Shown in pieces: positions 1 to 8,800 of a stretch of DNA of 32,000 nucleotides. A program made the position numbers and the translations under genes. Source of the stretch: an uncultured Erysipelotrichaceae bacterium (lineage in GTDB: Bacteria; Bacillota_I; Bacilli_A; Erysipelotrichales; Erysipelotrichaceae); the NCBI GenBank assembly GCA_942492995.1, contig OW818653.1, positions 1,110,001 to 1,142,000 on the forward strand. The letters run 5' to 3'. Within the stretch, counting starts at the first letter, position 1. Every line of letters begins with the position of its first letter. Under the pieces are notes generated by a model that had not been told where the DNA came from, ran no database searches, and worked only from the letters and a program-made list of their open reading frames with translations.

Positions 1-1990
1 AATTTCCAATCAATGTTTTAATTTCTTCGACATTCTCAGGTTTCGCAATAACAGATTTAGTTAAAAATGGTAAACGATCGACTTCTGTTAATTTCATTAA
101 ATAATCGAAATTCACGACATTCGTATACAACTCACCAACTGATGTATAATCCAGATTTTCATAAACTAGGAGTGACCCCTGATAATTCTCTTGGATTAAT
201 TTAAAGTTATTATGAGGTAGTTCATCTGCGCTCACCACTATTGCGTATTTGGTACTTAAGAAATTAATGATTTCCGCATCTTTGATGTTAAATATCCAAT
301 CACTTTCAAAATCCTTTACACTTGGAGCTAACTTCTTCATATCATTGAATGAAGGCGCATACGTTGAATCATATGTCATCAAACCTTTTAACTGATAATG
401 TAAATTATGATTATGACTGTATGACCAATATAAACTATCATGCGGTACATAAACACGATAGAATTCACTGTAATTATCTGGATCTAAACTTTCGAAATAA
501 CGATTTAAATCATTTGGGTTTTCTTGTAGAACATGCGTTGCCTTATTAACAAACTCCCACGTTGAATTCTCATTTAAGCGTATAAATCCAATTAACCAGA
601 TATTATGCGCTGCCAATTGAATTATAGTTAAAACTAATATACTAACCATTAACCATTTCTTGTTTAGTTTGATTAAGATATATAACGTTATGAATACAAC
701 AAGCGATACCATTGATAGATAGAATAATCCAATATTATCTGTAAATTGATTTAAATTACCAGTTACTAACATCGATAATGGAACATTAAAGACTAAGATA
801 ATCGATATTACGATTAAGCTTAGTTTTAGATTACGCATATTAATTAAGTGTGTATTCGTTAAGTATCGTGAAGCGTTGATTAGATTCACAATAATAAATA
901 GATACGTCCATCTAAAACTTGGACTACTAAATCCAAGTATCATCATATTTCCACTTGGAATAATAAGTAATAGAATCATAAAGCTATATAATCCAATCAT
1001 CGCATTACGATAATACTTATCTTTATCTGTAATAAATTGTGGTAATAGAATTGATGTAATCGATCCAGCCCATAAACATAATTCACGGGTTACATGCGAT
1101 CCCGTCTCAAACACATTATAATCTTGATATATAATATTTTGACTTGGGACAAATAGCGCTTGTAGTTGATGGAAGTAAATTTCAGGTTTATCAAACACTA
1201 AGGCAAAATAGAATGTACCTACACGATCATTTTGTATGATATTTAATAAGGATGGTAGAATAAGTACCATTGTGGTTAATACCGCAATTAGATATACTCC
1301 AATTAATAGTAGTGTATCCTTAATAAAATCTTTGTATCCTTCACGTACACTATAATATCGAGCGATAAAATAGAATGGTGTAAAGAATGATAACGAGAAG
1401 AACATATAGTAATTAGTTAACAATAATAATGATGTACTAATAATGAATAGCGTAAGTTTCTTCTCTTTGAGATACATCTCAACAGCTAAGAAGAATAATG
1501 GCGTAAAGCTATACGCAGACACAAACATTGGTTGACCTAAGAAGAATATAACCCAACTACTAAAGCCAAAACATAGCGCCAATGTAATAGAGACGATATT
1601 TGATGATTTTAAGTACTTTAATAAGGCAAACATACTTAACGATGAAATAACTAATTTAATTATGGTTTGAAGTTTAAATATTTCATAGAAATGAACATTA
1701 AATAATAATGAGACGTAATAATAAACATCTCCTAACATATAAAAACTCTTACTCGCCCAGAAATTATTTCCTAAAAACAAATTCCATGAATAAAATGGGA
1801 ACTCTCTGTTCTTTATAAATTGTCCGATTAATGATCTAAATTCTGTATAGTATGGGAAATATGTAGGTTTTAAATCTCCACCATATTCAAAGGGTAATCC
1901 TTTGATTAAATAAGGCGATATTATAAATAAAACTAATACTAACGCAGTTAAAGTAAGCCCTATGATGGGTAATAATCGTTTCTTGTTCAT
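1..1990 (-). CDS. YfhO-family polytopic membrane glycosyltransferase (GT-C type); partial, C-terminus lies beyond the left edge of the window
   Basis: Absent from the supplied ORF track because no stop lies in the window. My reverse-strand reading from the ATG at 1990-1988 stays open for 663 codons to position 2: MNKKRLLPIIGLTLTALVLVLFIISPYLIKGLPFEYGGDLKPTYFPYYTEFRSLIGQFIKNREFPFYSWNLFLGNNFWASKSFYMLGDVYYY... It has many hydrophobic helices followed by a soluble C-terminal part. The absence of any listed minus-strand ORF here agrees with an uninterrupted frame. The N-terminal loop pattern matches my recollection of YfhO proteins. This is a hand translation, not verified by search. Confidence 0.75.
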   Translation of the reverse strand, partial: MNKKRLLPIIGLTLTALVLVLFIISPYLIKGLPFEYGGDLKPTYFPYYTEFRSLIGQFIKNREFPFYSWNLFLGNNFWASKSFYMLGDVYYYVSLLFNVHFYEIFKLQTIIKLVISSLSMFALLKYLKSSNIVSITLALCFGFSSWVIFFLGQPMFVSAYSFTPLFFLAVEMYLKEKKLTLFIISTSLLLLTNYYMFFSLSFFTPFYFIARYYSVREGYKDFIKDTLLLIGVYLIAVLTTMVLILPSLLNIIQNDRVGTFYFALVFDKPEIYFHQLQALFVPSQNIIYQDYNVFETGSHVTRELCLWAGSITSILLPQFITDKDKYYRNAMIGLYSFMILLLIIPSGNMMILGFSSPSFRWTYLFIIVNLINASRYLTNTHLINMRNLKLSLIVISIILVFNVPLSMLVTGNLNQFTDNIGLFYLSMVSLVVFITLYILIKLNKKWLMVSILVLTIIQLAAHNIWLIGFIRLNENSTWEFVNKATHVLQENPNDLNRYFESLDPDNYSEFYRVYVPHDSLYWSYSHNHNLHYQLKGLMTYDSTYAPSFNDMKKLAPSVKDFESDWIFNIKDAEIINFLSTKYAIVVSADELPHNNFKLIQENYQGSLLVYENLDYTSVGELYTNVVNFDYLMKLTEVDRLPFLTKSVIAKPENVEEIKTLIGN

Positions 1991-2083
1991 ATCGATATGA
2001 TTTTATCATATGTACGTTTTTTTTAATAGAATGAAATAAGCCAATAAGCGCTTCAAAAATAAATGCAAAATTAATCTTATTCT

Positions 2084-2092
2084 TGATATACT
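2084..2092 (+). promoter_or_regulatory. Putative extended -10 promoter element (TGaTATACT) for the 2142/LCP operon
   Basis: tgatatact at 2084-2092, with a weak -35 TGCAAA 17 nt upstream (2064-2069). Confidence 0.3.
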
Positions 2093-2098
2093 AATGAT

Positions 2099-2122
2099 AG
2101 TCTAGTCTGAGACTAGTCTTTT
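2099..2122 (+). promoter_or_regulatory. Leader hairpin/operator-like palindrome containing three (T)AGTCT units
   Basis: agtctagtc (2099-2107) pairs with gactagtct (2111-2119) around the loop tga, with one mismatch in 9 bp, followed by TTT. It includes the perfect palindrome AGACTAGTCT. It lies between the putative -10 element and the RBS. Confidence 0.3.
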
Positions 2123-2141
2123 ACTAAGCGTAAGGAATGAT

Positions 2142-2768
2142 ATGAAGAAACATAAACACTTAATAATAGGTTTAATCGCAACATTAATTTTAATGATACT
2201 AGTCGTAGTTATTACGTTTTTAGAGTTGAAAAAAGATTACTTTTCTAACACAATAAGTAATTCTGAAGGTGTTGTTTTATATGAAATTCAATCTACCGCA
2301 ACAGAATATCAGAAGGAACAGTTTAAAATTTTATCTGAGAAGATAAATGATGAAGCTTTACTTCCTGAGATTGCGGCAAGTGTAGTGACGAATTACGTTG
2401 CGGATTTCTATACCTGGTCCAATAAAAAAGGAACATATGATATCGGTGGTATGCAGTATGTTTATCAACCTGAAATTGTTAATATTTATAATTACGCAAA
2501 AGATTATTTCTATCGTGATCTAAGTTATAACATTAATAAATATGGTGCTGAGAATTTGTTAGAAGTTGAAAGTGTTAATATTACATTTTCTGACTTTAAC
2601 GTTAGTGTTGAATACAATGGTCAATCTTATACTTCGTTCTATGTGACCGCGACTTGGACATATGTACAAAAAGAAGGTTTTGATACAAGTGGTTATCAAT
2701 CTTCCGGTGAGTTTAGTCTATTGAATCGTGACGGTATTATTGAAATTTATCGTTACTATGGAGAATAA
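2142..2768 (+). CDS. Membrane-anchored extracytoplasmic protein of unknown function
   Basis: 208-aa ORF with an AAGGAA RBS at 2131-2136. The N-terminus MKKHKHLIIGLIATLILMILVVVITFL looks like a signal anchor. The rest is a Tyr/Asn-rich soluble domain with no motif I recognise. Its stop (2766-2768) is 1 nt from the ATG of the LCP gene. Confidence 0.6.
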   Translation: MKKHKHLIIGLIATLILMILVVVITFLELKKDYFSNTISNSEGVVLYEIQSTATEYQKEQFKILSEKINDEALLPEIAASVVTNYVADFYTWSNKKGTYDIGGMQYVYQPEIVNIYNYAKDYFYRDLSYNINKYGAENLLEVESVNITFSDFNVSVEYNGQSYTSFYVTATWTYVQKEGFDTSGYQSSGEFSLLNRDGIIEIYRYYGE

Positions 2769-2769
2769 T

Positions 2770-5160
2770 ATGAAAACCATAAAGTTAAAAAGAAAATCGA
2801 ATGAGTTTATTAATTTAATACTATTTGGATTATTTGCGGTTATTTCAATCCTATCAGTTGTGAATATACTTCAATACTTAAGTTTAAGTTATACCTTATT
2901 TATCCTTGGTATCTCAATGTTAATTCTTGTGAATGCGCTTGTATTTATCCTAACTCGACTCTTTTCTAGGAATAAAGTTCTTGAGATGATTATGACTGGT
3001 GTGTTAGTGGTATTAATTGGTTTATCATCGTATGCATTAGTTACTATCATAAGAATTAATAATGCGGTAGGAAATGTTGTGGTGAGTGATGATGTTGTGG
3101 AAGAAGTCTTCACAAGTTTCGTAACGTATGATAATACACGTATTACATCTATTGATGATATAAGTGGAAAACGCTTCGGGATTGTCGATAATGAAAATGT
3201 TTTAGAAGGTAATTCATTAGCGATTGAAGAACTTGAAAATGCAAATATTGATGTAACATTTGTAAAATATGATACATACAATAATATGTTATTGGCACTG
3301 TTCAGTAATGAGATTGATGTAGCGCCATTACCTCAGGAATATTACTCCATGTTTATCACAAATGATGGATATGAAGAATACTTAGATAAGACTGAAGTCG
3401 TACATGAGTTTAGTAAGAAAGTTAAAATTGAAGGTCAGGATACTGTTCGTAAGGACTTAAGTCAAGAGCCGTTCTCAGTTCTATTAATGGGTAATGATGG
3501 TGGACGTACAGATGCATTAATCTATGCGACGTTTAATCCTAAGACTATGGTTGTGACCCTTACAAGTATTGCGCGTGATTCATATGTGCCTATTGCTTGT
3601 TATAACGAACAAGCTAAAGATAAGATTAATCATTCACGTCAAATAAGTCGTCAATGTACATTGGATACAGTCAGTAACTTATTAGATGAAAAAGTAGATT
3701 ACTTTGTGGAAGTTAACTTTGAAGCAGTAGTCGATGTAGTTGATACATTAGGTAAACTTTGGATTGATTCTCCAGTAGAGTTTGTTGGTCAAGATGCTAG
3801 CGCAGATCGTGGACATTTCACTGTTTGGGTTGGTAAAGGTGGTCAATTTATGACTGGTGAACAAGTATTAGCGTTTGCCCGTGAACGTAAGAATATGCCT
3901 GGTGGTGACTTACAACGTCAATTAAACCAACAACAAGTTATTCGTGCATTGATGAACAAATTACTTGAAACACGTGATATCAATCTATTTATAAATGCAG
4001 TTGAAGCTTCAGGTAATAATGTTAAGACAAACTTATCCATTAGTCAGTTATCTGGTTTAGCAAATTATGTTATTGGTGAGATGAATACAAGTCAGATGGA
4101 TAACTCATACTTTGTTCAAATGAAGAATAATCGAATTACAGGTTACTTCTCTTGGGCTTACAATGATTCATTACAATTACCGTTATCAATCTATAAGCCT
4201 TATAATGGTTCAATCACAGATGCACGTGCAATGATTGATGGAAACCTTATGAGTGATTCATATACTCCCGCAAATCATAAAGCGTTTACGTTTAATATAT
4301 TCACACCTTATTTCGGTGAAAACTATATCAAGGATTTCTATGATGAAGTTGAAATTCATGAACCATTGCCAGACTTTATGCCATCAATGACAAGTGAAAG
4401 TGCGCCATGGATATTAAGTGATGTTAAGACATGGCAAACGAAACGTAGTTGGATAAAATTAATCGTGACTGAAATTTGGGAAAATAATCCTAAATATAAT
4501 GCGAGTTACTTATATAATCAAGTTATTAGTCAAAGTGTAAAATATGGTGTTAAAACAGCGAATATTACAGAATTATCGATTGAAGTCATAAAACGTGATC
4601 TTGATTGTCGAATACTTGAAAATCGTTCAGATGCACAATGTAAAGATATCGTACCTAACTTCATTGGTATGACGTATAAAGAAGTGAATGATTGGAATCT
4701 TGCGAATGGTAATATTGTTACAATCAAGTTAATTGATGAAACGAGTACAAATTACGATTTAACTCAAGTTAATAAAGCGATTATTCAAAATGTAGAAGCT
4801 TATTCTAAATTAAAGAATCTAACTGGTAAGATTGAAGTAAGTGTTGTGGATTATCCAAAACTTACTCTACCAGTCACAAGAATGTTTAGTGAAAAATGGA
4901 AGAAAGCTGATGTTGAGGCATGGTACTTAACGAATTCAGCGAAGCTATTCGTAGAACCATTGTTTACTGAAGAATTCTCAGTTGATAAAGCTATAGGTGA
5001 GGTTATTGAAGTTATGTATATCGTAGATGGTGTTGTAACAAAATACTCTACAGATACGATTATTAAGGGTAATATGCAGATTGTATTCTCGATCTCCAAA
5101 GGACCAAGTGCTACACCTGATCCTACACCCGACCCAACACCTGAGACTCCTGGTCCATAA
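2770..5160 (+). CDS. LCP (LytR-CpsA-Psr) family glycopolymer-to-peptidoglycan ligase, long Cps2A-like form with a C-terminal repeat extension
   Basis: The track ORF starts at 2728, but the ATG at 2770 (MKTIKLKRK) follows GGAGA at 2760-2764 and is the likelier start. The protein has three N-terminal TM helices, then an accessory domain (GKRFGIVDNE...NEIDVAPLP), then the LCP core (FSVLLMGNDGGRTDALIYATFNP...LTSIARDSYV...FARERK...GDLQRQLNQQQV). About 270 extra C-terminal residues contain three PASTA-like repeats and end in SATPDPTPDPTPETPGP. Confidence 0.85.
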   Translation: MKTIKLKRKSNEFINLILFGLFAVISILSVVNILQYLSLSYTLFILGISMLILVNALVFILTRLFSRNKVLEMIMTGVLVVLIGLSSYALVTIIRINNAVGNVVVSDDVVEEVFTSFVTYDNTRITSIDDISGKRFGIVDNENVLEGNSLAIEELENANIDVTFVKYDTYNNMLLALFSNEIDVAPLPQEYYSMFITNDGYEEYLDKTEVVHEFSKKVKIEGQDTVRKDLSQEPFSVLLMGNDGGRTDALIYATFNPKTMVVTLTSIARDSYVPIACYNEQAKDKINHSRQISRQCTLDTVSNLLDEKVDYFVEVNFEAVVDVVDTLGKLWIDSPVEFVGQDASADRGHFTVWVGKGGQFMTGEQVLAFARERKNMPGGDLQRQLNQQQVIRALMNKLLETRDINLFINAVEASGNNVKTNLSISQLSGLANYVIGEMNTSQMDNSYFVQMKNNRITGYFSWAYNDSLQLPLSIYKPYNGSITDARAMIDGNLMSDSYTPANHKAFTFNIFTPYFGENYIKDFYDEVEIHEPLPDFMPSMTSESAPWILSDVKTWQTKRSWIKLIVTEIWENNPKYNASYLYNQVISQSVKYGVKTANITELSIEVIKRDLDCRILENRSDAQCKDIVPNFIGMTYKEVNDWNLANGNIVTIKLIDETSTNYDLTQVNKAIIQNVEAYSKLKNLTGKIEVSVVDYPKLTLPVTRMFSEKWKKADVEAWYLTNSAKLFVEPLFTEEFSVDKAIGEVIEVMYIVDGVVTKYSTDTIIKGNMQIVFSISKGPSATPDPTPDPTPETPGP
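5113..5148 (+). repeat. Three imperfect 12-nt tandem units encoding (T-P-D/E-P/T)x3 at the extreme C-terminus of the LCP protein
   Basis: The units acacctgatcct / acacccgaccca / acacctgagact were read directly from the sequence. Confidence 0.7.
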
Positions 5161-5163
5161 TAC

Positions 5164-5197
5164 AAAAGCAGAACTCCTCAAAGTTCTGCTTTTTTTC
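5164..5197. terminator. Bidirectional rho-independent terminator between convergent genes
   Basis: Stem agcagaact (5167-5175) pairs with agttctgct (5182-5190) around a 6-nt loop. It is flanked by an A-run upstream and a T7 run downstream, so either strand reads as hairpin plus U-tract. Confidence 0.75.
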
Positions 5198-5213
5198 TGA
5201 CTATTAATTATTT

Positions 5214-6797
5214 TTAGATTGTTTCGTTCTTTAATAATTTCTTTAATAATATCGCAATCACAAACGCAATAATTATATTACTTACAAACTCATCTAATGT
5301 ATGACCTGAAGCATACGCTCCTACTAATCCAAACAGTGCGGACATCGCATAGATAACTGTATTGAAATTCAAGTTCTTCTTTAGATTCATTAAGAATATA
5401 AACACTCCATATGCGACTAATATTAACCAAGGACTCATTAGGATAACCCAACCGGCATATCCAAATGAATAGAATTGTTGGACAAAATCACTTTCTAGGA
5501 TGAGAGATCCTGTCATTATCGTACTGTAACCAAGCCCTAACGCATGATCTACACTCGGTGTAGGAGTTTCACTCCATTTATATTTAATAAATATTGTTTG
5601 AATTTGTCTGCCATTCACACGTTCTTCAAGTGGGTAATTAAACATTAAATCTAACCAGAACTTCGCATCGTAAGTATATTTATACCAATCTAAATAATAT
5701 ATTTTAGGAACACTCGATATTAAATTTGATTTAATACCATATTGTTCAAACGCATAGACATACGCTGGATCGTACTTAACTTTAGGTTGATTCAACTGTT
5801 CATTCACTTCATCACGACCACCATCTAGAATGTAATTATCTTCTCCGACAATCGCATTATTCGAACGATCCACTTGCATATTAATGTAAGCAGGGCTGAA
5901 TGGAATTAGTGTTCCTACTAATACGGCCATTAAACAGGTAAATATCACTGTAGTCTTATTGAATGTCTCATTTCGAATAATAAACTTAAAGAAAATCATA
6001 ATCGCCACAATCGCAATAGGTGTTAGTAATGCCCCATATGTTGCGATACGTGTTGATAACATAACCATCGCAATACTCTGTACGAAGATTATCACTAAGT
6101 GAATAATTTTATCTTTTTTAGTTTGAGCTCTTGATAAGAAGAAATAAAGCAATGGAAGGATTATAAACAAAACGATACCAATCGTATTACCATTTTGGAA
6201 AAAGAATTTCGATGCTAGTTTTCTAGGATCAAAATCATCATAAATCCCAAAGAACCAGGTAAATATGTTTGCGGATGTATAGCCATCATACGTTGACATA
6301 CCAAATAAGAATAAATTACCTAAAACAATTGGGAATGAAATCGTAATGGATAACCAACTTATAACTGTTTTGATTATCTTCTCTGAGAAATCCGCAATGA
6401 AAAATAAGTAGATTAAATAGAAAGGAATAATTAAAGTAAGTACATATACAAGTTCTTTATACGTACTAAACTGGAAATTTGGTGGAAGATATAAATCATT
6501 ACGAATCAATAATGCATTCTTTGTGTGCGCAAAGAAATACGCTAACACTACGACTCCGTAGATCGTCGACAATACAAATGCACGTTTTTTATTATGATCA
6601 AACACTAGAAATCCAATGAGGATAAAGAGTGGAATGATAATAAAATGAATTATTGTCGCAATTCTTGGTAAATTAAACTGATTTAAGAAGTCATAAACCA
6701 AATAGTCTAAACTAATTACTGGCTGTAATAAAACTAAAATTGCGAGTACAATTTTAAATTTCTCTTTATCCAATTTACCTAATATCTTTTTAATCAT
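5214..6797 (-). CDS. Wzy / O-antigen-ligase-like polytopic membrane protein (glycopolymer polymerase or ligase)
   Basis: 527 aa with more than 10 predicted TM helices. The segment MVMLSTRIATYGALLTPIAIV resembles the Wzy_C/O-antigen ligase core. A large hydrophilic loop (QVDRSNNAIVGEDNY...KWSETPTPSVDH) precedes the last helices. GGAGA RBS upstream at about 6803-6807. Confidence 0.55.
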   Translation of the reverse strand: MIKKILGKLDKEKFKIVLAILVLLQPVISLDYLVYDFLNQFNLPRIATIIHFIIIPLFILIGFLVFDHNKKRAFVLSTIYGVVVLAYFFAHTKNALLIRNDLYLPPNFQFSTYKELVYVLTLIIPFYLIYLFFIADFSEKIIKTVISWLSITISFPIVLGNLFLFGMSTYDGYTSANIFTWFFGIYDDFDPRKLASKFFFQNGNTIGIVLFIILPLLYFFLSRAQTKKDKIIHLVIIFVQSIAMVMLSTRIATYGALLTPIAIVAIMIFFKFIIRNETFNKTTVIFTCLMAVLVGTLIPFSPAYINMQVDRSNNAIVGEDNYILDGGRDEVNEQLNQPKVKYDPAYVYAFEQYGIKSNLISSVPKIYYLDWYKYTYDAKFWLDLMFNYPLEERVNGRQIQTIFIKYKWSETPTPSVDHALGLGYSTIMTGSLILESDFVQQFYSFGYAGWVILMSPWLILVAYGVFIFLMNLKKNLNFNTVIYAMSALFGLVGAYASGHTLDEFVSNIIIAFVIAILLKKLLKNETI

Positions 6798-6820
6798 AAC
6801 ATCTCCTTTTGCGTCATATT

Positions 6821-7816
6821 CTATTTAACAAATCGATTAATTCTACGTAAAACATATTTATAATACACATACAATTTAAGTTTACTCTTATTAAAGTAGA
6901 TTGAAGATTGTGGTAGTTCCATTAATGAATACTTACATTTTGGAAAATCATTGAATGTCTCAGTTAACATTTTAAATGTATCACCAATAAACTCATAGAC
7001 AAATTTTAAATTATCCATGGTAGGAACTTTTCTTAACATATTTAAACAATTTATTGCGCTTAAGTACTTGAGTTCTTCATAGTAATGATTAAATAATGAA
7101 TGTTCCTTATAAAAATCTACATTTATTTTAATCATTATCAGGATATCTTTGATTTTTACATCAGATGACCCAGAAATATTATTAGGTCGATCGATTAGGT
7201 AATTGGCAAGTGGTTGATTAATGAATCCAACTTTTTCACAATACGTTAAATATCTAAATGTTGTGCCTAAGTCTTCATAACGATATCCTGTTGGATATTC
7301 TATATTGTTCATTTTGAATAGCTGTGTTCGATAGATTTTATTCCATGCGGCATTACTTAAGTACGCGACGAGCTCTTTATCCACCTTTGGATTATAGATA
7401 CGATTTTCATCAAAACGTTCACGAATTAATTCTTTACGATTTTCTCTTATAAACAATTGATTATAGTCAAATACAACTAAATCACAATTATCCACAATCA
7501 TTTTATTTACGCATTTTTCTAACAAATTCAATTCAAAGTAATCATCCGAATCAAGGAACATCACATACTCAGAGTCCACATACTTTAATCCGAAATTACG
7601 TGCATCACTTAAACCACCATTCGTTTTAACAAACCGTCTAAAGCGATTATCCTGATTTACATATTTTTGAACAATTTCATCTGAATGATCTTTTGAACCA
7701 TCATTCACACAAAATACTTCAAAATCACGATATGTCTGATTAAGAAGCGAATTTAAGCATTTATCAATGTAGTCTCCAACATTGTAATAAGGTAAAACGA
7801 TTGTGACTTTTGGCAT
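6821..7816 (-). CDS. Family 2 glycosyltransferase (GT-A fold)
   Basis: The track ORF extends to 7858, but the ATG at 7816 (MPKVTIVLPYYNVGDYIDKCLNSLLNQTYRDFEVFCVNDGSKD) gives the canonical GT2 N-terminus. That ATG sits 1 nt after the upstream stop. DSDD motif (FLDSDDYF) present. Confidence 0.85.
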   Translation of the reverse strand: MPKVTIVLPYYNVGDYIDKCLNSLLNQTYRDFEVFCVNDGSKDHSDEIVQKYVNQDNRFRRFVKTNGGLSDARNFGLKYVDSEYVMFLDSDDYFELNLLEKCVNKMIVDNCDLVVFDYNQLFIRENRKELIRERFDENRIYNPKVDKELVAYLSNAAWNKIYRTQLFKMNNIEYPTGYRYEDLGTTFRYLTYCEKVGFINQPLANYLIDRPNNISGSSDVKIKDILIMIKINVDFYKEHSLFNHYYEELKYLSAINCLNMLRKVPTMDNLKFVYEFIGDTFKMLTETFNDFPKCKYSLMELPQSSIYFNKSKLKLYVYYKYVLRRINRFVK

Positions 7817-7817
7817 A

Positions 7818-8765
7818 TTAACCTTTATATAGTACAGCAGATAGATCATATCTACCAAGATAGAATAATGTGAAGATAATCTTTGTCTTAATTGGATAGT
7901 TCATCATCATTGATTTTATATACCAATTCTTTAACATACCCTTAAGATGATTAATATTCTTTCTAAAGTATTCTTTTCGATCATTATAATTATCCATTTT
8001 CTTAATTCTCAAACTTGTTAAGAATAATCCATGTTCAATTAACAAGAATTGTTTAATTTCTTGCCAATCATCATTAGGTAAATCGATGTATTCTTCAATA
8101 TGATGAATTGCCCAGTAAATATCAAACATCTTATCATTTTTTAAATGTGCAATTGAACCTTCGCGTTGATAATAAAAATAGAATGGCTCATGAATAATCT
8201 TGATTGAATTTGCTCGATAAAGAATGCAAGGGATTGTTGCTAAATCTTCATACCATTTCCCTTTAGGAAAGCGAATTTCGTTAAATAAGTTTCGTCTAAA
8301 TATCTTATTGCACGCACTATTATTAAGTTTTAAACTTCCAAGTGAATCATTTAAATCACTTTCATTTCCTGCAGATGCGATTTTTTGATCACCATTGTCA
8401 TAAACATACATCAAATCGCAACACACAACATCTGTATTATCGTCAATTTTCTCCATCATTTCACTAAACATGGATGGATTAATATAATCATCCGAATCTA
8501 TGAATGCGATATACTCACTATCTGAATGGTCAATGCCATAATTTCTGGCATCACTTAAACCACCATTTGGCTTTGTATACAATTTAAAAATATGCGGATA
8601 CTGATTTTCATATTTTCCCGCAATATCTTTTGATTGATCCGTTGAACCATCATTAATAAGTCGAACAAAAAAATCCTTATAATTTTGGTTTAATAAACTA
8701 TCTAGACACTTTTCTAGATAGGGCTCAACGTTATAAATTGGTACAATTACATCTAATTTAGCCAT
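7818..8765 (-). CDS. Family 2 glycosyltransferase (GT-A fold), tandem paralogue of the downstream gene
   Basis: MAKLDVIVPIYNVEPYLEKCLDSLLNQNYKDFFVRLINDGSTD...GGLSDARN...FIDSDDYI. AAGGAA RBS upstream. Confidence 0.85.
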   Translation of the reverse strand: MAKLDVIVPIYNVEPYLEKCLDSLLNQNYKDFFVRLINDGSTDQSKDIAGKYENQYPHIFKLYTKPNGGLSDARNYGIDHSDSEYIAFIDSDDYINPSMFSEMMEKIDDNTDVVCCDLMYVYDNGDQKIASAGNESDLNDSLGSLKLNNSACNKIFRRNLFNEIRFPKGKWYEDLATIPCILYRANSIKIIHEPFYFYYQREGSIAHLKNDKMFDIYWAIHHIEEYIDLPNDDWQEIKQFLLIEHGLFLTSLRIKKMDNYNDRKEYFRKNINHLKGMLKNWYIKSMMMNYPIKTKIIFTLFYLGRYDLSAVLYKG

Positions 8766-8800
8766 AGTTCCTTATAAGTATATCATGAATAAACTAATTG

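Noticed and set aside
349-549. 66-aa plus-strand ORF from the track
   Set aside because: It lies entirely antisense within the long open minus-strand frame of the YfhO-family gene (1-1990). It has no RBS, and its composition is that of a shadow ORF.
2017-2024. T8 tract in the divergent promoter region, as a spacer-length phase-variation element
   Set aside because: I could not place it between a convincing -35/-10 pair on either strand. It is most likely just AT-rich intergenic sequence.
2728-2769. N-terminal extensions in the ORF track. Besides this one they are 7817-7858, 8813-8881, 15898-15915, 17711-17755, 21508-21564, 28967-29074 and 28530-28577.
   Set aside because: For all but 28530-28577, an internal ATG preceded by a GGAG-type RBS gives the canonical family N-terminus, often placed 1-11 nt from the upstream stop. 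The extensions would overlap upstream genes or intergenic promoters. For 28530-28577 the ATG at 28578 is only an alternative start, and that choice remains uncertain.
2889-3281. 130-aa minus-strand ORF. The same applies to 4530-4727, 4978-5181, 9372-9554, 11914-12111, 15102-15296, 16451-16654, 18978-19238, 19217-19429, 23955-24218, 26500-26694, 27523-27729, 29710-29928 and 30241-30441.
   Set aside because: All are embedded, either antisense or out of frame, in longer ORFs that carry clear family motifs. None has a convincing RBS or a recognisable domain. Such shadow ORFs are expected in AT-rich DNA.
4851-5165. 104-aa minus-strand ORF starting MYYGPGVSGVGSGVGSGV, which looks like a Gly-rich repeat protein
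   Set aside because: The GVGSGV repeat is simply the reverse-complement reading of the Pro/Thr-coding tandem repeat at the end of the LCP gene. The ORF also overlaps the terminator hairpin.
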